From contig NC_058368.1 in assembly GCF_018350175.1 (NCBI RefSeq), positions 180,112,001 to 180,176,000 on the forward strand: a DNA stretch of 64,000 nucleotides, read 5' to 3'. The translations under genes and the position numbers were made by a program. A model generated the notes under the pieces. That model did no database searches, was not told the DNA's origin, and saw only the letters and a program-made list of their open reading frames with translations. Each line of letters begins with the position of its first letter. The stretch's first letter is position 1. This document shows positions 39,241 through 51,121 of the stretch, piece by piece. The DNA is from Felis catus. Taxonomy: Eukaryota.

Positions 39241-40210
39241 TTTAAAAACTAGATCTCAAACAATCTAACTTTACACCACAGAGAACTAGAAAAAAAAAAA
39301 AAGGGGGCGCCTGGTTGGCACAGTCAGTTAAGCGTCTGACTTCAGCCAGGTCATGATCTCGTGGTCCGTGAGTTCCAGCCCCGCATCAGGCTCTGGGCTG
39401 ATGTCTCAGAGCCTGGAGCCTGTTTCCGATTCTGTGTCTCCCTCTCTCTCGGCCCCTCCCCTGTTCATGCTCTGTCTCTCTCTGTCCCCAAAATAAATAA
39501 ATGTTGAAAAAAAAAATTAAAAAAAAAAAGAATAAATCAAACCTGATGTTAATAGAAAACAGAAAATAAGTCCAGAGCAAAAATAAATGATATAAAAACT
39601 AAAACAGAATATATTAAACTAAGAGCTGTTTTTTTTTTTTTTTTTTTAAAGATCAACAAAATAGGCTACCTTTAGCTAGATTCACCAAGAGAAAAAGAGT
39701 GGACTCAAAATGAGAAATGAAAGTGGGCACCTTACAACTGACACCACGGAAATACAAAGGATCATAAGAGGCTAGCTACTATGAACAATCATAAGTCAAC
39801 AAATTGAGCAACCTAAAAAAGAAATGGTTAAATTCCTGGAAACATATAGCCTACAAAAGAGTGCATCAAGAAGAATATAAAATTTGAACAGACCAAGAAT
39901 TACTAATAAAGAGATTGAATCAGTAATCAAAAACCTCCCAAAAGACAAAAGTCCAGGACAAAATAATTTCACTGGTAAATTCTACCAAACATTTAAAAAA
40001 CAGCAGCAATCTTCCTCAAATTCTTCCTAAAAAACTAGAAGAGAATGGAACACTTCCAAACTCATTTTACAAAACCAGCATTACCCCGGTACTGAAAACA
40101 GACAAGAACACTATAAGAAAATTATAGGCCATTATTTTAGATGAACATACAAAAATCCTTAATAAAATAGTAGCAAACCAAATTCACATATACATTAAAA
40201 GGGTCATACA
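39241..40210 (+). mobile_element. Host L1-A segment 2 (ORF2 middle)
   Basis: AGATCTCAAACAATCTAACTTTACAC continues from 25974; breaks at TACATTAAAAGGGTCATACA. Confidence 0.85.
39303..39529 (+). mobile_element. Felid SINE
   Basis: GGGGGCGCCTGGTTGG head, (CT)n, A tail, inserted in an A run. Confidence 0.92.
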
Positions 40211-41994
40211 AGAATGTCATCAATGTAGAGACATAGGTCATTCCTGACTTCACTCCTCATCACAAGAAAATCAACCAACAACTATTCATGAACAAGATAC
40301 TACTGAGACACCATGTAAAACATGGGGGTGAAGCTAATGCATCTTCCTCCACCACAGAAACCAAGACAGCATTAGAAGGGTAGGAAAAGTGGTTACATGC
40401 TGACTGCATTGCCACTTCCCCAGGCCACTGCAACATCCATCAAGAGGTCTCCCCAGAGCCTACAATTCCTCCAGTAGGAAAAGGGAACACAGCATAAAGA
40501 TCTAGCTCCCTTAACATTGTAGTCTGCTTCTTGGGAACTCCCATTTTAGTCTCACACCATGGGGGTTTCAGGGGAATTTGCAAGCACTAACCACTGGTAA
40601 TCTGATTGTGAAGAAGAAAGTGGAAGGGGCTTGCAACAACAGCACTCAAATGTTTGCAGACCAATTTCCCACCTGCAGTGCACAAACAGATGTCCCAACC
40701 AGCACCTTTGCTGATCTGAAGAGCCAGGACAGTAGCAAAGTCTGATCAGGGACCTCAGCAGAGCACAGGTCCTCCTGACTTGGCACCTTAAATGAAGAGC
40801 CATGGAGCCTCATATACTGGCCCCACCAATCCCCACCCCTGCAAGCCCCTGCAGGCAGAGGAGTAAAGTCCTATCTCCACCTGCTACTAAGTGTAGCTCC
40901 TGGCCATTCTCAAGCAGAAAGGGCTTTGCTGGACTTGAAGCCACCTATCCTGCTCAGACAAGATAGGTGAGCTAATTCAAAACCTTGCCCACTGTTTGAG
41001 TATAGCTCCTAATCCCTCCCAACCACAAAGCTTGACATATGGATCTCCTTGAAAACTTCTTGGATCTGGCCCTCCCAACCTGCCAAAGCAGGGTAGCTAA
41101 GTCATAGCCCTGTCCACAGCTGAGTGAAGCTTCCAGACCCACCCAAACAGAAAGCCTGGCCAGAACACCTGGAAAGCCATGTAGCCCAGCGATGCTGAAG
41201 CAGAGAGTCTACCAGGCAGGACTAATGGTCTCCAGAGCAAAGCCAGTGGCCTAGTTAGGCCAGGGAAATTAGGGTGCAGCTTGCCTAGAGTCAAGACCAT
41301 AAAGAGTCTTTCCAAGCTTGAAACTAGTTTTCTTGCTGTGTGTGGGCAGGGAAATTAATCTGTAGCCCCATTATTTGCTGAATATAGACTTCAGCCAACC
41401 TGAACAGAGAACCTAACCCACATACACAGGAAACTACATAGCCCACCCAACAGCACTGTTTACAGAGGCTTTGAACACAGAACATAGCCCATGGCTTTCA
41501 CTGTCTGCTGAGCAAACCAGGGGCTCTGTCTGATCAAGCAATTCAGTGCACAGTCTTGTCTGATTTGGGTTCCCCCCCAAAATAAGCCATGCAGGTCCTC
41601 AGACCCATCCTACTGCCCCAGCAGGGCAGAGAAGCAAATTCATAGCTCCAACCACTACTGAGTATATTACCCCATCCGAACCATCTATTAAGCCTGAGTA
41701 GAGAACCCAGTCAACAGCAGATTAACATCCTACAGTCTCACTTAGGCAGGGAAACAAGACAGCAATGCTAGCCAACTGTTCTCAGCCAACAACACACCCA
41801 CCCCCTGACCTCTGAGCTTGGGCAGTGGCCTTGCCCAAAAAAAGACCTTGACTGAAAGCCTCACATATCCAAAGACATTACCAGCAGACATGTCCAGAAA
41901 CCCAAACAGATCTGACTGGTGAAAAAGGGTCTCTGCCAAAACAAACCTGTAAAATCTGGAAATGGAGACTACTTACTCAGATGTGCACATACCA

Positions 41995-42100
41995 GGGTTC
42001 ATGGCTGGCCCGGTTGGTGGAATGTATGATTATTGATTTTAGGATTGTGAGTTCAAGCCCCACAACGGGTATAGAAATTACTTTAAAATAAAGTCTTTAA
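41995..42100 (+). mobile_element. Short old tRNA-derived carnivore SINE (SINEC_old-like)
   Basis: TGGCTGGC...GTGAGTTCAAGCCCCAC...TAGAAATTACTTTAAAATAAAGTCTTTAAAA. Confidence 0.75.
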
Positions 42101-42114
42101 AAAGAAGTGTACAT

Positions 42115-42900
42115 GAAAAGATACTCAACATCACTCATCAGGGAAATACAAATTAAAATCACAATGACACACCACCTCATACCTGGCTAAAATTAACAAC
42201 TCAGGAAACAACCAATGTTGACAAAGATGTGAAGAGGAACCCTTTTGCACTTGTGTGGCCACTCTGGAAAATAGTATGGAGCTTCCTCAAAAAATTAAAA
42301 GATAGAACTACCCTATAACCCAGCAATTGCACTACCAGATATTTATCTAAGGGATACAGGTGTTTCAAAGAAGCACATGCACCCCAATGTTTATAGCAGC
42401 ACTATCAACAATAGCCAAATTATGTAAAGAGTCCAAATGTCCATTGACTAATGCATAAAGAAGATGTGGTGTGTACATATATATACATACATACACATAA
42501 TAGGATACTACTCAGTGATGAAAAAGAATGAAATCTTGCCATTTGCAACAACGTGGATGGAACTAGATAATATTATGCTAAGCAAAATCAGTCAGAGAAA
42601 GACTGATATCCTATGATTTCACTCATATGTGGAATTTGAGAAATTCAACAGATGAACATAGGAGAAGGGAAGGACAAATAAGATAAAAATAGAGGGAGGC
42701 AAACCATAAGAGACTTAAATACAGAGAACAAACTGAGAGTTCCTAGAGGTGCGGGAGATGGGTTAAATGTGTGATGGGTATTAAGGAGGACACTTTTCAG
42801 GATAAGCACTGGGTGTTGTATATAAGAGATGAATCACTGGGTTCTACTCCTGAAGCCAAGACTACACTGTAAGTTATCTATCTTGAATTTAAATTTTAAA
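42115..42900 (+). mobile_element. 5'-truncated L1 (L1-E) inserted at the SINE tail
   Basis: ORF2 end and 3' UTR; TSD-like AAAGAAGTGTACAT / AAAAAGTATACAT. Confidence 0.85.
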
Positions 42901-43490
42901 AAAGTATACATATACCAATAGAAGAAATCAAAGAGCCTAGAAAACTCTAACAAACATGAAGCCATCAAAGGAAACTAGTAAAGCTCTAATAACTAACCCT
43001 AAAGAAACAGAAATGTATGAACTATCAGATAATTCAGAATGGTTCGCTTAAAGAAGTCTACCAAAAAAAAAAAAAAAAAAAAAAAAGTCTAGTGAACTAC
43101 AAGAACACACAACCAAATGAAATTAGGAAAACTGTGTGTGAATAAAAACAAGTAGTTCAAGAAATAGAAAACAAAATAAAAGAACGAAAGATAAATTCTT
43201 AAGCTGAAAAATACAATGACTGAAATGTAGAATTCAATAGAGAGCTTCAAAAGCAGAATTGAACACAGAGAAGAATCCATGATCTAGAAGAAAAAATATT
43301 TGACACTATCCAGACAGTAGGTAAGAATGAAAGAGTGATGAAAGGGTAAGAAAGAAAAAAAAAGAAAGAAAAAGAGTGATGAAAGCCTATGGGATTTATG
43401 GGACATAATCAAAATAAATAAAATCCATAGTATGGGAATTCCAGGAGAAAAGAAAGAAAGGGACATAAGGTATATTTAAAAGTAATAATT

Positions 43491-43730
43491 GGGGCACCTG
43501 GGTGGCTCCGTTGGTTAAACTTCCCACTTTGGTTCAGGTCATGATCTCACAGTTCATGAGTTGAGCCCCACATTGGGCTTTGTGCTGACAGCTCGGAGCC
43601 TGGAGCCTGGAGCCTGCTTCTGACTCTGTGGTGTATTCCTCTCTCTCGGCCCCTCCCCTGCTTGCATTTTGTCTCTCCCTCTCAAAAATAAACATTTAAA
43701 AAAATTAAAAATAAAAAAAATAAAGAAAAT
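43491..43730 (+). mobile_element. Carnivore SINE in L1-D ORF1
   Basis: GGGGCACCTGGGTGGCTC head; diverged TSD AAAAGTAATA / AAAAGCAATA. Confidence 0.9.
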
Positions 43731-45244
43731 AAAAGCAATAGTGACTGAAAATTGCTTAAACCTGAGGGAGAGATGAACATCCAGATCCATGAGGCCCAAA
43801 AAAATCTCAAGTAGGTTGAATCCAAATAGGGCTAAACCAAGATTCATTATAATTAATCAAAATCAGTCAAAAGTCAAAAACAAAGAATTTTAAAAGCAGC
43901 AAAAGAGAAATTAGATAAAAGGAACTTCATAACACTATAAGCAGATTCCTAACAAAAATGTTGCAATCCAAAAAAGAATAGGATGATATATTGAAAATAT
44001 TGAAAAAAAGTTGTGAACCAAGAATTCTATACCCACCAAAGCTATCCTTCAGAAATAAATGAGATAAAGACTATCCCAAACAAACAGAAGCTGAGGGAAT
44101 TTATGACAAGATCTGCCCAAAAGAAGTGCTAAAAGTAGTTCTCTGACCAGAAATGAAAGGTAAAACCCTAAGAAAGGAGTGTAAAGTTTATTGGTAATGG
44201 TAAATATATACTCAAAGTTAGATTCTGTAATACAGTAATGGTGGGGCATAATTTATAAGTCTAACTTAGAAGTTTAACAGATGTAGTAAAAATATCCATA
44301 ACTACATTAAACTCTATTAGTTACACAATATGAGAAATATGTAAATTCTAATATCAAGTCTAAAATGTGAGGGAGAAGTAAAAAGCATAAAGTTTAGGAA
44401 TTCTATTGAAGTTATAAGTTTAAAATTGGAGTTATAATTTTAAGATTTTATGTAAGCCTCATGGTAACCACAAGAGAAAAAAACCTGTGGTAATTACACA
44501 AACGAAAATGAAGTCAAAGCATATGGATACCAAAAGATATCACAACAGAAACAATACAGGCAGATAAAAAAAAACAAGGCACAATGTATCTACAAGGAAG
44601 TAGTGGCTTTCAATGACGCATTGGACCAGCTGGATTTCATAGTTATGTTCAGAACATTCCATACTAAAATGGCAGAATACACATTATTTGCAAGTGCACA
44701 TGTACATTCTCCAGAATAAATCACATAACAGGCTACAAAACAAGTCTCAAAAAATTCAAAAAATCAAAGTCATACCATGCATATTTTCTGACCACAATGC
44801 AGTAAGACTTGAAATCAACCATCAGAAAAAAAATCTGGAAAGAGCACAAATACATGAAGTTTAAGTAACATGCTACTGAACAATGAATGGGCCAACCAAG
44901 AAACCAAAGACATCAAAAAATATATGGAGACCAATGAAAATAAAAAATATAATGGTCCAAAATCTTTGGAATGCAGCAAAAGCAGTTCTAGGAGGGAAAT
45001 TTATAGCAATATAGGCCTAACTTCAGAAGAAAAATGTCCAAAAAATCTAACTATATCTCAAGGAGCTTGGGAAAAAAAAAAAAAGAGAGAGAGAGAGAAT
45101 AAAACCCAAAACCAGCAAAAAGGAAAGAAATAAGAAACATTAGAGCAGAAATAAAGAATACAGAAACTGAAAAATAAAATAGATCAATGAAACCAGGAGC
45201 TGGTTCTTTGAAAAGATCAACAAAATTGATAAACCACTAGCCAG

Positions 45245-45278
<34 letters not shown>

Positions 45279-45911
45279 CAACCAAATAAACAAAATCAGA
45301 AATGGATAAATAGCCACCAATAGCGCAAAAATACAAAAGATAATAAAAAAATACTATATAAAATTATATGCCAACAAATTGAACCTATAAGAAATGGATA
45401 AATTCTTAGAAACAAAAACCTACCAAAACTGAATCAGGGAGAGAGATAGAAAATTTGAACAGACTTTTAATCAACATCATACTGGAAGTCCTAGTTACAG
45501 TAATCAAACAGTAAAAGGCTTCCAAATTGGTAAATAAGTAAAACTTTCATTATTTGCAGAGGACATGACATCCTATATAGAAAGCCCTAAAGCAAAAAAC
45601 TAGCAGCAAAAAACTGGCAGAACTGATGAATGAATTAAGTAAATTCTCAGGATACAAAATCAATGTACAGAAATCTGTGGCATTTCTATACACTAATAAT
45701 AAGAAGCAGAAAGAGAAATTAAGAAAAAAATCCCACTTACAATTGCACCAAAAATAATAAAATACTTAGGAATAAACTTAACCAAGGAAGTCAAAGACCT
45801 ATACTCTGAAAACTATAAAACATTGATGGAATATCAATTGATATTCATTGATGAACATGACACAAAGAAATGGAAAGACATTCCATGCTCATGGATTGGA
45901 AGAATACTGTT

Positions 45912-46131
45912 TCTTTTTCAAATTAAGAAAAAAAATTTTTTTTTAATATTTATTTATTTTTGAGAAACAGAGTGCAAGCAGGGGAGGGGTAGAGAGAGAG
46001 GGAGACACAGAATCTGAAGCAGCCTCCGAGCTCTGAGCTGTCAGCACAGAGCCAGACATGGGGCTCAAACTCAAACTGCCATGACTTGAGGCAAAGTCAG
46101 ATGCTTAACTGACTGAGCCACCCAGACACCC
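45912..46131 (-). mobile_element. Carnivore SINE
   Basis: TSD TGGAAGAATACTGTT / TGGAAGAATGATGTT. Confidence 0.92.
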
Positions 46132-46916
46132 TGGAAGAATGATGTTAAAATGTCTATACTACCCAAAGCGATCTACACATTTAATGTAATCCCTGTGAAA
46201 ATACCAACAGCATTTTTCACAGAACTAAAACAAACAATCCTAAAATTTGTATAGAACCACAAAAGACCCCAAGTAGCCAAAGCAATCTTGGAAAAGAAAA
46301 ACAAAGCTGGAGGTATCAGAACTCCATATTTCAAGTTACATTACATAGCTGTACTAATCAAAACGGTATGGTACTGGCACAAAAATAAACACATAGATCA
46401 GTGGAATAGGATAGAAAGCTTAGAAATAAATCCACAATTATATGGTCAATCTTTGACAAAGCAGAAAAGAATACACAATGGGAAAAAGTTTCTCCGTAAC
46501 AAATGGTGTTGGAGAAACTGGACAGCTACATTGAAAAGAATGAAAGTGAACCACTTTCTTACATGATATACAAAAATAAAATTCAAAATGGTTGAAGGAC
46601 CTAAATGTGATACCTGAAACCATAGAAATCCTAGAAGACAGCATAGGCAGTAATTTCTCGGACCCTGGACATAACAACACCTCTCTAGATAGGTCTCCTG
46701 AGGCAAAGAAACAAAAACAAAAATGAACTATTGGGACTACATCAGAATAAAAAGCTTCTGAACAGCAAAGGAATCAATAAAACTAAAAGATAACATACTG
46801 AATGGGAGAGGATATTTGCTAATGACATACCTGATAAAGGGTTGGTATCCAAAATATATACAGAACTTATACAACTCAAAAGCAAAAAACAAATGATCCA
46901 ATTTAAAAGAGGGCAG

Positions 46917-47115
46917 GGGGATCCTGGGTGGCTCAGTTGATTGATTGTCCAATTTGATTTCAGCTCAGGTCATGACCCCAAGTAATAGAATCAAACCCCA
47001 CAGCAGGCTCTGCACTGAGTGTTGAGCCGGCTTAAGATTCCCTCTCTCCCGGGCCCCTCTCCCCAACTCACACACTCCCCCGTCTCTCAAATTTAAAAAA
47101 AAAAAAAAATCATTT
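46917..47115 (+). mobile_element. Carnivore SINE
   Basis: GGGGATCCTGGGTGGCTCAG head; TSD TTTAAAAGAGGGCAG / TTTAAAAATGGGCAG. Confidence 0.88.
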
Positions 47116-48274
47116 TTTAAAAATGGGCAGAAGACATGAACAGACATTTCTCCAAAGAAGACACATATGGCCAACAGACATATGAAAAGATGGTCAACAT
47201 GATTTATCATCAGGAAAATGCAAATCAAAATCACAATGAGATATCACCTCACATCTGTCAGAATGGCTAAAATCAAAAACACAAGAAACAAATGTTGGTG
47301 AGAATGTGGAGAAAAAGGAACCCTTGTACACTGTTGGTGGGAATGCAAACTGGCACAGCCACTGTGGAAGATAGTACAGAGGTTCTTCAAAAAATTAAAA
47401 ATAGAATTACAATATGATCCAGTCATTGCACTAATGGGTATTTACCCAAAGAATACCAACAAAAAACACTATTTTGAAGGGATATATGCATCCTTATATT
47501 TATGGCAGCATCATTTACAATAGCTAAATTATCAAAACAGTCCAAGTATCCATAGACAAATGAATGGATAAGATTTGGTACATACATACAATAGAATATC
47601 ATTCAACCATAAAGAATGAAATTCTGCCATTTGCAACAACATGAATAGATCTAGAGTATTATGCTAAGTGAAATAAGCCAGAGAAAGACAAATACCATAT
47701 GACTTCACTCATACGTAGAATAACAAAATAAAGAAGAAAAAAAAGAGAAAGATAGAGAGACTTTTAACTACAGAGAACGAACAGATGATCATCAAAAGGG
47801 AGGTGTGGATGACAGGCGGTGGGATGTGTAATGGATGAAACAGGTGAGGGAAATTAAGAGTACACTTATCACAATAAGCACTGAGTAATACATGGAATTG
47901 CTGAATCATTATTGTACACCTGAAGCTAATAGAACACTTTATGTTAACCAAATTAGGATTAAATTTTTTAGTTTTTTTTTTTAACTATTGATCTGGTTTT
48001 AGTAAGACATTATAAATATTTATCTTTAACATTATCTGCCCAGAAAACAAGGATTCTGTATTTTCCCAAAATAATTACCTGTGTTTATCAGGTCTTTGAT
48101 TTACTTTACAAAAAAAAAAAAAAAAAAAAAAGTCTTAATATTCTAAAAAAGCTAAATTTTGCTCATAGAAATATGGTCTGATGCATTTGTCTTTGATATC
48201 TTTTATTGTTATTTTGATTAAGTGGATAATTGAATATTGTTTCATACTAAACACAAATCAAATTTACAAAAAAA

Positions 48275-48606
48275 AGATCATATTTGTGTTTACCAGAATT
48301 AGCAGGTGGGTGGATGGGGGATTGGATAAAGGCTGTCAAAAGGTACAAACTCCATTCTAAGATAAGTATTAGGAAGGTAATGTACAACCTGACGACTATA
48401 GTTAACATAGCTCTATGGTATTTATGAAAGTATAAATCCTAAGGATTTTCATCACAAGGAAAAATAATGTTCATGATTGTAAGTCTTTACAAGATAATGG
48501 ATTTTAACTAAGCTTTCAGTGATGATCATTTTACAATATATGTAAGTCAAATCATTGTTCTGTACACCTTAAAGTTATATAGTGCTATTATCAATTATAT
48601 CTCAAT
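48275..48606 (+). mobile_element. Older-type L1 3' UTR end (probably L1-D)
   Basis: GTCAAAAGGTACAAAC...CATCACAAGGAAAA...TGTACACCTTAAA...TCAATTATATCTCAAT. Confidence 0.8.
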
Positions 48607-48607
48607 A

Positions 48608-48809
48608 TTTAACGTTTATTTATTTTTGAGACAGAGACAGAGCATGAACGGGGGAGGGGCAGAGAGAGAGGGAGACACAGAATCTGAAACAGGCTCCAGG
48701 CTCTGAGCTGTCAGCACAGAGCCCGACGCAGGGCTCGAACTCAGGGACCGCGAGATCATGACCTGAGCCGAAGTCGGCCACTTAACCGACTGAGCCACCC
48801 AGGCTCCCC
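48608..48809 (-). mobile_element. Felid SINE
   Basis: TSD TTATATCTCAAT on both sides. Confidence 0.93.
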
Positions 48810-48826
48810 AGTTATATCTCAATTTT

Positions 48827-48956
48827 GAGGGACGGGAGGGACGGGAGGGACGGGAGGGACGGGAGGGACGGGAGGGACGGGAGGGACGGGAGGGACGGGA
48901 GGGACGGGAGGGACGGGAGGGACGGGAGGGACGGGAGGGACGGGAGGGACGGGAGG
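48827..48956. repeat. (GAGGGACGG)14 9-bp minisatellite
   Basis: 14 perfect units plus GAGG. Confidence 0.95.
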
Positions 48957-49680
48957 ATCATTATAATCAAGTGGGATTTATGCCAGAGATAAAAGCTTGG
49001 CTCAATCTCATCAATTGATGTGATTATCCACATTAACAGAATGAAGGATGAAAATCATATGATCATCTCAATAGATGCAGAAAAAGCATTTGACAACATT
49101 TAATGTCCATTTATGATAAAACTCCCAACAAAGTGGGTATAAAAGTAACATATCTCAACGTAATAAAGGTCACATACATATCTATAATTAACATCATACT
49201 CAAAACTGAAAAGCTGAGAGGTTTTCTTCCAAGATCAGGAACAAAACAAAGATGTTCACTCTCCCCTTTATTTCAGCACAGTACTAGAAATCTTAGCTAG
49301 AATAATTAGGCAAGAAAAAAAAAAAAAGCCCTCTAAATTGGAAAGGAAGAAATAAAACTGTCACTTTGCAAATGACATCCTATGTAGGAAACCCTGAATA
49401 CTCCACCAAAAAGAAAGAAAGAAAGATCCAATCAATAAATTCAGTAAAGTTGCAAGATACAAAATGAACATACAAAAATCAGTTGTGTTTGTATACACTA
49501 AAAATGAACTATCAGAAAGAGAAATAATCTTGTTTACAACTATATCAAAAATAATATGTAGGAATAAATTTAACCAAGGAAGTGAAAGTCTTGTACACTC
49601 AAAACTATAAGACACTGATTAAAGAAACTGAAGACCCAAAGGAGTGGAAAGATATTCCATACTTTTAGATTGGAAGAATA

Positions 49681-49898
49681 TTTTTTTTTTTTTTTCAACG
49701 TTTATTTATTTTTGGGACAGAGAGAGACAGAGCATGAACGGGGGAGGGGCAGAGAGAGAGGGAGACACAGAATCGGAAACAGGCTCCAGGCTCTGAGCCA
49801 TCAGCCCAGAGCCCGACGCGGGGCTCGAACTCACGGACCGCGAGATCGTGACCTGGCTGAAGTCGGACGCTTAACCGACTGCGCCACCCAGGCGCCCC
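49681..49898 (-). mobile_element. Young felid SINE
   Basis: CpG-intact body; TSD GGAAGAATATT(T/C)TT. Confidence 0.95.
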
Positions 49899-50917
49899 GG
49901 AAGAATATTCTTAAAATGTCCATAGTACCCAAAGCAATCCACACATTCAATGCAAGCTCTATCCAAATTCCAATGGCATTTTTCACAGAAATAGAAGAGT
50001 CCTAAAATTGGCATAAGCCACAAAAGACCCCAAATAGCCAAAGCAATCTTAAGCACAGAGCTGGAGGCATCACACTTCCTGATTTCAAACTATTATAAAG
50101 TTATAGTAATCAAAACTATGAGATTAGCATTAAAAACAAAGGTCAATGGAACAGAATTGAGAGCCCAGAAAGAAATGCATGCATATATGGTCAATTTTAG
50201 CAAAGGAGCTAAAAGTATACAATGGGGAAAGGACAATCTCTTTAATAAATGTTGTTGGGAAAACTGGACAGACATGCAAAAGAACGAAACTAGATTACTA
50301 TTCTATACCACAAAAATTAGCTCAAAATGGATTAAAGACTTGAATGTAAAACAGGATACCATAAAACTAGAAGAAAACACAGATCATAAATGCCTTGATG
50401 TTGATCTTAATCATTTTTTGGATTTGACACCCGAATCAAAGGCAGCAGCAACAACAAACAAAAAAACAAGGGAGACTACATCAAAACACTTCTGCACAGC
50501 AAGGGAAATCATCAATAAAGTGAAAAGGCAACCTGCTGAATGAGGGAAAATATTTGTAAGTCACATATATATGGGGTTAATATCCAAAATATATAAAGAA
50601 CTCATACAACAACTCAATAGTAATAAAACAATCTGATTAAAAAATGGTCAGAGGATCTGAATAACATTTTTCCAAACAACATACAGATGGCCAACAGGCT
50701 CATAAAAAGATGCACAACATCACTAATCATCCGGGAACTGCAAATTAAAACCACAAGGTATCCCCTCATACCAGTCAGAATGGCTATTATCAAAAAGACA
50801 AGAAATAACAAGTGTTAGGATGTGGAAAAAAAGGGACCCTTGTGTGCCATTGGTGAGAATATAAATTGGTGCCACCACTATGGAAAACAAAATGGGGGTG
50901 CCTCAAAAAATTAGAAA

Positions 50918-51121
50918 GAGACACCTGGGTGGCTTGGTCAGTTAAGCCTCAGACTCTTAGTTTCAGCTCAGGTCATGAACTCATGGTTCATAGGTTTGAG
51001 CCCTGCATCAGGCTCTGCACTGGCAATGCAGAGCCTGCTTGGAATTCTCTCTCTCCCTCTCTCTCTGCTTCTCCCCTGCTCTCACTCTCTCTCAAATAAA
51101 CTTTTTAAAATTTTTAATAAA
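50918..51121 (+). mobile_element. Carnivore SINE
   Basis: ACACCTGGGTGGCTT head, (CT)n; TSD AAAAAATTA(G/A)AA. Confidence 0.88.

Larger units (their letters stand above)
40211..44590 (+). mobile_element. L1-D 5' UTR, ORF1 remnant (~42950-44150) and long inter-ORF
   Basis: New L1 5'-like sequence begins exactly at the L1-A break; ORF1 motifs ATCCAGATCCATGAGGCCCAAA and CCAAGAATTCTATACCCA. Confidence 0.75.
44591..47965 (+). mobile_element. L1-F: ORF2 (no endonuclease N-terminus, internal deletion at ~45465) plus 3' UTR
   Basis: MLLNNEWANQE and [19 protein letters not shown] peptides; 3' end TGTACACCTGAAGCTAATAGAACACTTTATGTTAAC. Confidence 0.8.

Noticed and set aside
41995..42075. tRNA gene
   Set aside because: Degenerate A/B boxes followed by a SINE-type AT tail and TSD; all tRNA-like heads here belong to SINEs
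48812..49033. (LPS)n ORF or CRISPR-like array
   Set aside because: A simple 9-bp tandem repeat with no spacers, in a eukaryotic context
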